A DNA stretch of 52,030 nucleotides from Pseudoxanthomonas sp. (lineage in GTDB: Bacteria > Pseudomonadota > Gammaproteobacteria > Xanthomonadales > Xanthomonadaceae). Made by a program: the position numbers and the translations under genes. Position 1 is the stretch's first letter; every line of letters begins with the position of its first letter. Below, one piece after another: positions 45,774 to 52,030 of the stretch. The stretch spans positions 1-52,030 of the forward strand of contig JAKFDG010000067.1 in the NCBI GenBank assembly GCA_036677285.1. The letters are read 5' to 3'. The notes beneath the pieces were generated by a model. That model saw nothing but the letters and a program-made list of their open reading frames with translations, searched no databases and had not been told where the DNA came from.

Positions 45774-45995
45774 ATGACGCCTATCGAGCGTATCGCACAG
45801 ATCCTCGCCGAGGCCGGGCATTCGCAGGACGACGTCGACCATTACGTCGAGCGCCTGCAGGAGATAATCGCGCTGCGCACATTGCCGCGCCTGCTCGGCC
45901 GCAAGCTGACCGATCGCGAGCGGCAGCGCGCCTACGTGCAGCTGCGCGAAGGGCGCAGCGTGGGAGATGTCGCGGAGATGCTGCGGCAGCGCTAG
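45774..45995 (+). CDS. Small HTH-like hypothetical protein
   Basis: TAAGCT-N6-ATG; LTDRERQRAYVQLREGRSVGDVAEML. Confidence 0.6.
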   Translation: MTPIERIAQILAEAGHSQDDVDHYVERLQEIIALRTLPRLLGRKLTDRERQRAYVQLREGRSVGDVAEMLRQR

Positions 45996-46228
45996 TCGCT
46001 GCAGGGCTCGTCGTCGCCAGGCACCAGTCCGGCATCGCGCAGCATGCACTGCAGCCGGTTCCAGACGTGCTCGCGATCGATGGGCGCCGCGGCTTCCTCG
46101 ATCAGCTCGGCGCGGCCGGCGAACGCATCCATCTGGCTGGCTTCGTCGGTCTCGGCGAGCATCGTCGGCATCCACTGCTCGAGCTGCTCGAGTTCGGCGT
46201 CCAGTTCGGCGCGGGACTTGGTGACCAT
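45992..46228 (-). CDS. Small acidic protein coupled to umuC
   Basis: TGATG overlap with the umuC stop; similar to 48052-48300. Confidence 0.7.
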   Translation of the reverse strand: MVTKSRAELDAELEQLEQWMPTMLAETDEASQMDAFAGRAELIEEAAAPIDREHVWNRLQCMLRDAGLVPGDDEPCSD

Positions 46229-47478
46229 CAGCAGCGTGCCCTCGGCAGGTCGGCGATGCGGGTCGTATAGCACGGCGAGAGTTGACGCTGCTTCATGCCC
46301 CAGGCGGGGCGCTCGATCCAGCCGGAGGCGCCCAGCCCGGCGCTGCCGCGGCCGAAGCGGCGGTTGATGCGGTCCAGCGTGGCCATGAGCGCGTCGTTGC
46401 CAACGATGGCCGGCGCGAACAGGTCGCCTTGTCGATCCTCCGGGCGCGCCAGGTCCAGCAGTGCGACGCCGCCGCGCTTGTAGGCGATGCCCTGGCGTAG
46501 CTGGCCGCGCAGCAGCATGCGCACGGTGGCCAGCACCAGGCGCGTATCGGCGGTGGCGGCGATCAGCGAGGTCGAGCGGCTCGGGTGGTGCTGGCGCAGT
46601 TCGGGCCGGAAGGTGTCGGAGTTGGCGAACACCCAGACGCCGCCGGCGGTGAGGCCGCGGCTGCGCAGCTTTTCGCAGGCGCGCACGGCGAAGGTGGCCA
46701 GCGCCTGGGCGACGGCCGCGTGGTCCTCGACGCGATCGCCGAAGGAGCGGCTGACCATGATCTGCTGGCGGTCGGGCTCGATCTCCTCCAGCCCGACGCA
46801 TGGCAGGCCCTGCAGCTCGCGCTGCGTGCGCGTGAGCACCACGCCGAAGCGTTCCAGGATCAGGTCCGGCGCGGCGTCGCGCAGCTGCGCGGCGGTGGTG
46901 ATGCCCATCGCCGACAGCTTGGCAGCCCACTTGCGGCCGACGCCCCAGAGATCCTCGGCGGGGAACTCGCGCAGCGCGTCGGCGCGCGCCGAGGGATCGG
47001 AGAGGTCGACGACGCCGGCGCCCTTCTTCGCAACCTTGTTGGCCAGCTTGGCCAGCGTCTTCGTGGGGCCGATGCCGATGCAGTTGTGGATGCCGGTCCA
47101 GCGCTGCACGCGCTCGCGCAGGTCGCGGCAGAACGCGAGCCGATTGCGAATGCCGGACAGGTCGAGGAACGACTCGTCGATGCTGTAGACCTCGACCCGC
47201 GGCGCGGCGTCGCGCAGGATCGAGACCACGCGGGCGCTCATGTCCCCGTACAGGGTGAAGTTGGCCGAGCGCATCTGCAGGCCGTGGGCGCGCACCAGGT
47301 GCTTCAGCTCGTGCGCCGGCTGGCCCATTTTGATGCCGAGCGCCTTGGCCTGCGCCGAGCGTGCGATCGCGCAGCCGTCGTTGTTGGACAGCACCACCAG
47401 CGGCTTGCCGCGCAGCTGCGGCTGGAACACCTGCTCGCAGCTGGCGTAGAAGTTGTTGCCGTCAACCAGGGCGAACAC
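46228..47478 (-). CDS. umuC: Y-family DNA polymerase, UmuC-like
   Basis: MFALVDGNNFYASCE, VVLSNNDGC, YSIDESF, C-terminal W.MKQRQLSPCYTT. Confidence 0.93.
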   Translation of the reverse strand: MFALVDGNNFYASCEQVFQPQLRGKPLVVLSNNDGCAIARSAQAKALGIKMGQPAHELKHLVRAHGLQMRSANFTLYGDMSARVVSILRDAAPRVEVYSIDESFLDLSGIRNRLAFCRDLRERVQRWTGIHNCIGIGPTKTLAKLANKVAKKGAGVVDLSDPSARADALREFPAEDLWGVGRKWAAKLSAMGITTAAQLRDAAPDLILERFGVVLTRTQRELQGLPCVGLEEIEPDRQQIMVSRSFGDRVEDHAAVAQALATFAVRACEKLRSRGLTAGGVWVFANSDTFRPELRQHHPSRSTSLIAATADTRLVLATVRMLLRGQLRQGIAYKRGGVALLDLARPEDRQGDLFAPAIVGNDALMATLDRINRRFGRGSAGLGASGWIERPAWGMKQRQLSPCYTTRIADLPRARC

Positions 47479-47938
47479 GGCCGCCGCTCCGGCGCATCGT
47501 GCGCGCGACGCTGATCACCGCGAACACCTCCACCTCGGTGCCCGGCGGCAGCACAATGTTCGGGCAATGCGGGTTGCGGGTGTGCAGCTCCAGGTGGTCG
47601 GCGCAGATCTTCAGCACCTTGCACGTGGGCTGCTGGCCATCCCAGCAGGCGATGACGACGTCGCCGTCGACCGGGGTGACCGAACGATCGACGATCAGCA
47701 GGTCGCCGTCGCAGATCCCGGCCATCAGCATGGACCAGCCCTCGGCGCGGTAGAGGAAGGTCGCGGCCGGGTTGCGGATCAGGTGCTCGTTCAGATCGAT
47801 GCTGTCGTCGCTGAAGTCCTCGGCCGGGGAGGGGAAGCCCAAGCGCACGGAGATCGCGGACAGCGGCACCTGCACGCGGGCGGGATCGATGGCGGCGGGG
47901 CCGATGTAGCGGGCCAGGGTGTCGGGTTCGATGAGCAT
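47462..47938 (-). CDS. umuD: UmuD-like S24 family protein
   Basis: LGFPSPAEDF, GWSM (catalytic Ser), TCK (catalytic Lys); overlaps the umuC start. Confidence 0.9.
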   Translation of the reverse strand: MLIEPDTLARYIGPAAIDPARVQVPLSAISVRLGFPSPAEDFSDDSIDLNEHLIRNPAATFLYRAEGWSMLMAGICDGDLLIVDRSVTPVDGDVVIACWDGQQPTCKVLKICADHLELHTRNPHCPNIVLPPGTEVEVFAVISVARTMRRSGGRVRPG

Positions 47939-48051
47939 GGCGGCAGAGACTCGCGGTGCCGCGTCGCAGGGTGCGAGAACGCGGGCCGAGGAGCTTACGC
48001 CGGGGCCGGGTGGGTCGGCATGAACGCGGGTTTTGGCGCATGCTGCGCGGC

Positions 48052-48300
48052 ATGGGAGCGCCTTATCGAGCCAGCTTCAACGAGATCCATGCGCAAATCG
48101 GCACCCTGGCCAGCCGGATCCCGGCGCTGCGCCAGCAATACCCGGATCCGGAGGAATGCCTGGCCGTGGTGCGCCAGTACAGCGACGAGATCCAGGCGCG
48201 TGCCGAATACGACGACGCGCTGGGCCACTCGGTGTACGTGGAGATCAACCACATGCTGATCGACGCCGGCCTGGTGGCGCCGGAAGAGCGGCAGTTCTAG
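48052..48300 (+). CDS. Small acidic protein, paralogue of 45992-46228
   Basis: CATGCT-N7-ATG; shares the ML.DAGLV motif. Confidence 0.7.
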   Translation: MGAPYRASFNEIHAQIGTLASRIPALRQQYPDPEECLAVVRQYSDEIQARAEYDDALGHSVYVEINHMLIDAGLVAPEERQF

Positions 48301-48974
48301 CCGAGGGAGATCGGTTCCAGCATGCCCGGGTCGCCCGGGTTGTTGCGCGAGGAGTTGACGCGCCGGCTGACCGGCTCGACCACGACGTCGGGTACCTCCG
48401 TGGCCAGCAGCAGCGCCATCGCATCCTCGGGGCTGGCGGCCATGAACTCGTCGACCCGATCGGGCGGGATGAAGACCGGCATGCGGTCGTGCACCTGGCC
48501 GGCGGCGTCGCGGGCATCGCTGGTGATGATGCAGCAGCTGCCGTCCTCGCCTTCCTCCTGCAGCCGGTGGCGGGGCTCCCAGATGGCCGCGGCGAACAGG
48601 TCGCCGCCGTCGCGCAGGTGGATGTACCAGGGTTGCTTGCCCGAGGCGGTGTCGGTCCACTCGTAGTAGCCGGCCATCGGCACCACGCAGCGCCGGGCCT
48701 TGTACGCGGCGCGGTAGGCGGGCTTGGTGGACACGGTCTCGATCCGGGCGTTGATCGTGCTGTAGCTGCCCTTGAGGTCCTTGGACCAGGGCGGGATCAG
48801 GCCCCAGCGCAGGCACAGCACGCGCTTCTGGCCATCGGCATCCAGCACCACGGCGGCCCGCTGGGTGGGTGCCAGGTTGTATCGGGCGGTGATGGCCGCG
48901 AGATCGTCGGCCAGCTCCGGCCAGGGCGTCCGGTCGGGGAACTGGAGGGGGAGCTGGACGAAGCGGCCGCACAT
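48297..48974 (-). CDS. SRAP / HMCES-YedK family abasic-site protecting protein
   Basis: N-terminal MCGRF, YNLAPTQ, WGLIP, INARIET, GYYEW, HDRMPV. Confidence 0.93.
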   Translation of the reverse strand: MCGRFVQLPLQFPDRTPWPELADDLAAITARYNLAPTQRAAVVLDADGQKRVLCLRWGLIPPWSKDLKGSYSTINARIETVSTKPAYRAAYKARRCVVPMAGYYEWTDTASGKQPWYIHLRDGGDLFAAAIWEPRHRLQEEGEDGSCCIITSDARDAAGQVHDRMPVFIPPDRVDEFMAASPEDAMALLLATEVPDVVVEPVSRRVNSSRNNPGDPGMLEPISLG

Positions 48975-48991
48975 GGGGCGATGTTGCATGA

Positions 48992-49016
48992 ATCGGGCCG
49001 GTCTTGCCGGCCCGAT
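48992..49016 (-). terminator. Hairpin downstream of the DUF3606-like gene
   Basis: ATCGGGCCGG-N5-CCGGCCCGAT, weak U-tract. Confidence 0.45.
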
Positions 49017-49025
49017 CGGGGATCA

Positions 49026-49205
49026 TTACCGCCTTGCCAAATAGGCCCTGACGTCGGAGGCCATGACACCGACGGCGTTGACCGCCGCTTTCAGCTGGGA
49101 TTCGGTGCAGCCGAACTCCGAGCACCACCACTTCACTTCCCATGGCTCGTGGATGTTCACCCGGGCCCGGTCGGCGGGCCCCCTGTTCCCTAGGTCATCA
49201 GACAT
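49026..49205 (-). CDS. DUF3606-like small protein
   Basis: MSDDLGNRGPADRARVNIHEPWEVKWW...QLKAAVNAVG. Confidence 0.8.
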   Translation of the reverse strand: MSDDLGNRGPADRARVNIHEPWEVKWWCSEFGCTESQLKAAVNAVGVMASDVRAYLARR

Positions 49206-49344
49206 TGATTTTCCTTCTGGACGGGGATTCAAGGTGGCCAGGTGGGTGCCGTCCTCGCCGCACTGGCCGGCCCAGCCTACACAGGGGCATCTCGTATGAT
49301 GAGATATCGCACCCGGGCTTTCCGAGCTTGCGTTCCTAGCCTGA

Positions 49345-49430
49345 CTCCTGAAAAATAGCCGACCGCTTTAGCAGTGGTGCGTGTTCCACGGGGTGGCCTC
49401 CTGAAATTTGGAGAGGCTAAGCTCCTGAAT
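49345..49430 (+). repeat. Three putative arm-type sites before attR
   Basis: CTCCTGAAAA (49345), CTCCTGAAA (49398), CTCCTGAAT (49422). Confidence 0.7.
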
Positions 49431-49448
49431 TGTCGGCTCAGTGGTCCT

Positions 49449-49495
49449 GCCTTCTAAGCCGGCGGTTGCAGGTTCGATTCCTGCCGGGCGCGCCA
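49449..49495 (+). repeat. attR core (duplicated 3' half of tRNA-Arg)
   Basis: 47/47 identity with 6638-6684; no tRNA 5' half upstream. Confidence 0.97.
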
Positions 49496-49512
49496 CACAT
49501 TGAAGCCGATTT

Positions 49513-49590
<78 letters not shown>

Positions 49591-49611
49591 AATTTGTTAT
49601 CATTTTTCGAT

Positions 49612-49687
49612 GGGCTGTTAGCTCAGTTGGTAGAGCAGTTGACTCTTAATCAATAGGTCGAAGGTTCGAATCCTTCACAGCCCACCA
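49612..49687 (+). tRNA. tRNA-Lys(CUU)
   Basis: Acceptor GGGCTGT/ACAGCCC, anticodon CTT, CCA end. Confidence 0.96.
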
Positions 49688-49694
49688 CACCCCC

Positions 49695-49722
49695 AAAACG
49701 CCCGGCCAGCGCCGGGCGTTTT
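49695..49722 (+). terminator. Intrinsic terminator after tRNA-Lys
   Basis: AAAACGCCCGGC-CAGC-GCCGGGCGTTTT. Confidence 0.85.
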
Positions 49723-49766
49723 CCATTGCCCGGGCGGAAGGCATGACCGGCTAGAATCCCGGCATT

Positions 49767-49850
49767 GCGAAAGTGGCGGAATTGGTAGACGCCCTGGTTT
49801 TAGGTACCAGTGAGGGTGACCTCGTGCGGGTTCGAGTCCCGCCTTTCGCA
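49767..49850 (+). tRNA. tRNA-Leu(UAG), CCA not encoded
   Basis: Acceptor GCGAAAG/CTTTCGC, anticodon TAG, long variable arm; followed by CAA. Confidence 0.92.
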
Positions 49851-49862
49851 CAACCCAAACAG

Positions 49863-50119
49863 CCCGCAACCCGGTGCCATCACGCGCGGCGGCGCGGCGG
49901 GCCGGCACCGCGGCCGGGTTTCATCCCCGCGCGGTTCGAGTCCCCCCTTTCGCACCAGCCCGGGCAGAGAATCAATCGCCCGGCCGACCCGGCGAGCGCT
50001 GGCGAGCGCCGTAATGTCCGTCGAGGTTGCTTTGGTCCTTGGGCGGCCTTCGGCTTTCGCACCCGCAACCCGGTGCCATCACGCGCGGCGGCGCGTCGGG
50101 CCGGCACCGCGGCCGGGTT
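49863..50119 (+). repeat. 58-bp direct repeat x2 plus a tRNA-Leu 3' fragment
   Basis: 49863-49920 versus 50062-50119 (one mismatch); GGTTCGAGTCCCCCCTTTCGCACCA at 49933-49957. Confidence 0.85.
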
Positions 50120-50270
50120 CGTGCCTGCGCGGCGGCGCTGGCGGCAGGCCGCCAAATCAGCGAAACTATTGCGTTCCGCCGCCTTCCGGATGCGTGCTCA
50201 TGCCGCGCCGGGGCGGCCCGACAAGTCAACGCAACGTGCCGTGGCCCGGACCACGGTTGCAGGAGTGGGT

Positions 50271-51587
50271 ATGCCAGCTTCAGATACACAGGTCTCGGTC
50301 GAATCCGTCGGCAACCTCGAGCGCCGCATGACCCTCCGCCTCCCGGCGGAGCGCCTGGAGACCCAGGTCGGCGGCCGCCTGCGCGAGATCGCCCGGACCG
50401 CGCGGATCAAGGGCTTCCGCCCCGGCAAGGTGCCGACCAAGGTGGTCGAGCAGCGCTATGGCGAGCAGGTCCGCGCCGAGGTGCTGGACGGCCTGCTGCG
50501 CGAGGGCTTCGACGAGGCCGTGCGCGACAACGCGCTGAGGATCGCCGGCAACCCGCGGATCGAGCCGGCTGGCGCGGACGGTGGCGAAGGCGACCTGTCG
50601 TACGTGGCGACCTTCGAGCTGGTGCCGGAATTCGGCGATGTCGACGTCTCCAGCCTCCAGGTCGTGCGCGCCACCGCCGAGGTGACCGATGCCGACATTG
50701 ATCGCATGATCGAGAACCTGCGCCTGCAGCGCCGCAGCTGGAGCGCGGTCACCCGCGCGGCGAAGGAAGGCGATGCGGTCGACGTCGCGACCTGGTCGCA
50801 GGCCGGCGACGAGCGGCTGCCAGCCGAAGGCGTGGAGCAGGGCGTCGACGTGATCGGCTCCGGCGCGATGCTGCCCGAGATCGAGGCCGCCCTGGCCGGG
50901 ATGAGCGCCGGCGAGGAAAAGACCGTCGAGGTCACCTTCCCGGCGCAATGGCGGGTGCCGCAACTGGCCGGCAAGACGGTCCAGGTGCACCTGAAGGCCG
51001 AGCAGGTGTCCGAACCGGTCCTGCCCGAGATCGACCCGGCCTTCATCCGCAGCTTCGGCGTCAAGAGCGGCGAGATGGCGCAATTCCGCAGCGAAATCCG
51101 CAGCAACCTGGAGCGCGAGCTCAAGGGTGCATTGATGAACCGCTTGCGGCGCGAGGTCGGCGAGCAGCTGGCAGCCGCTTATGCCGACGTCGAACTGCCG
51201 CCGCGGCTGGTCGAGAACGAGGCCCGCGCCATGGCCCAGCAGGCGTTGCAGCAGGCGCGCCAGGGACAGCAGCCGATCGCGTTGCCGGAAGGCGCGCACG
51301 AGCAGTTCATGGACGCTGCCCGCAAGCGCGTGCTGGTCGCGCTGCTGGTGGGCGAGGTCGCGCGCCGCAACGAGCTGCGGCTTGACCCCAAGCGCCTGAA
51401 CGAACTGCTGCGCCTGATCGCCTCCACCTACGAGGAGCCGCAGCAGGTCATTGAGTTGTACCGCAACGATCCCCAGTTGATGTCGGGACTGCAGTCGCGC
51501 GCGATGGAGGAGCAGGTGATCGACTGGATCGCCGAGCGCGCGCAGCACACCGAGCAGGCACTATCCTTCCAGGAAGCCATCGGCTGA
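50271..51587 (+). CDS. tig: Trigger factor
   Basis: Ribosome-binding signature GFRPGKVP; upstream of clpP. Confidence 0.95.
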   Translation: MPASDTQVSVESVGNLERRMTLRLPAERLETQVGGRLREIARTARIKGFRPGKVPTKVVEQRYGEQVRAEVLDGLLREGFDEAVRDNALRIAGNPRIEPAGADGGEGDLSYVATFELVPEFGDVDVSSLQVVRATAEVTDADIDRMIENLRLQRRSWSAVTRAAKEGDAVDVATWSQAGDERLPAEGVEQGVDVIGSGAMLPEIEAALAGMSAGEEKTVEVTFPAQWRVPQLAGKTVQVHLKAEQVSEPVLPEIDPAFIRSFGVKSGEMAQFRSEIRSNLERELKGALMNRLRREVGEQLAAAYADVELPPRLVENEARAMAQQALQQARQGQQPIALPEGAHEQFMDAARKRVLVALLVGEVARRNELRLDPKRLNELLRLIASTYEEPQQVIELYRNDPQLMSGLQSRAMEEQVIDWIAERAQHTEQALSFQEAIG

Positions 51588-51622
51588 GGCCGGCGGCGTC
51601 CGCCGACGAGACAAGGGAATCC

Positions 51623-52030
51623 ATGAGCAACGAGACGAAGGCCCTGAACCTGGTGCCGATGGTGGTCGAGCAGACCAGCCGTGGCGAGCGCGCGTACGAC
51701 ATCTATTCGCGGCTGCTGAAGGAGCGGGTGATCTTCCTGGTGGGCGGCATCGACGACCATGTCGCCAACGTGATCGTGGCGCAGATGCTGTTCCTCGAGG
51801 CCGAGAACCCCGAGAAGGACATCAGCCTGTACATCAACTCGCCCGGCGGCATCGTCACCGCCGGCATGGCGATCTACGACACCATGCAGTTCATCAAGCC
51901 CGACGTCAGCACCATCTGCGTCGGCCAGGCCGCGTCGATGGGCGCGCTGCTGCTGGCGGCCGGCGCCAAGGGCAAGCGCTACGCGCTGCCGAACTCGCGG
52001 GTGATGATCCACCAGCCGCTGGGCGGCTTC
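51623..52030 (+). CDS. clpP: ATP-dependent Clp protease proteolytic subunit, 5' part
   Basis: [26 protein letters not shown]...YINSPGG...QAASMG...MIHQPLGG. Confidence 0.97.
   Translation, partial: MSNETKALNLVPMVVEQTSRGERAYDIYSRLLKERVIFLVGGIDDHVANVIVAQMLFLEAENPEKDISLYINSPGGIVTAGMAIYDTMQFIKPDVSTICVGQAASMGALLLAAGAKGKRYALPNSRVMIHQPLGGF

Larger units (their letters stand above)
6638..49495. mobile_element. Temperate prophage (~42.8 kb, long non-contractile tail), apparently intact
   Basis: Flanking 47-bp direct repeats; integrase, immunity, replication, packaging, head, lysis and tail modules all present with open reading frames. Confidence 0.96.

Noticed and set aside
49431-49495. Possible second intact tRNA-Arg at attR
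   Set aside because: The upstream sequence cannot form the acceptor or D stems; only the 3' half is duplicated.
49773-50270. N-terminal extension of trigger factor in the ORF track
   Set aside because: It runs through tRNA-Leu and the repeats; the ATG at 50271 has an AGGAG RBS and gives a normal-length protein.

Overview
GC-rich Xanthomonadaceae-type chromosome segment (Luteimonas/Lysobacter-like; genus is inferred from GC content and gene order). Host genes on the left are ppk1 (partial), phoR, phoB, an M48 protease, grxC, a CMD-family gene, icd, tRNA-Pro and tRNA-Arg(UCU). Host genes on the right are tRNA-His, tRNA-Lys, tRNA-Leu, tig and clpP (partial). Between them is an apparently complete ~42.8 kb siphovirus-type prophage integrated in tRNA-Arg(UCU), with a perfect 47-bp att core at 6638-6684 and 49449-49495. 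The prophage carries an integrase, two ParB-family genes, a CI/Cro switch with clear operators, a P4-type primase-helicase followed by an iteron array, lambda-like terminase and portal, a ClpP-capsid fusion, lysis genes, a non-contractile tail with a G/GT frameshift, a methyltransferase moron and a umuDC/SRAP cassette. The most unusual parts are: (1) low-GC cargo beside attL, made of a DnaA-box/IHF cluster, a multi-hairpin RNA leader, a small protein and an IrrE/ImmA-like protein with KELMH in place of HExxH, bracketed by duplicated integrase arm-type sites and facing a HEPN-motif gene that overlaps the integrase stop; (2) two ParB CTPase-family genes with no ParA, plus two identical parS-like 15-mers inside the terL 3' end; (3) a cos-like site upstream of the primase instead of next to terS; (4) two paralogous small acidic proteins flanking umuDC. 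All protein calls come from motif recognition by eye; no database searches were run.
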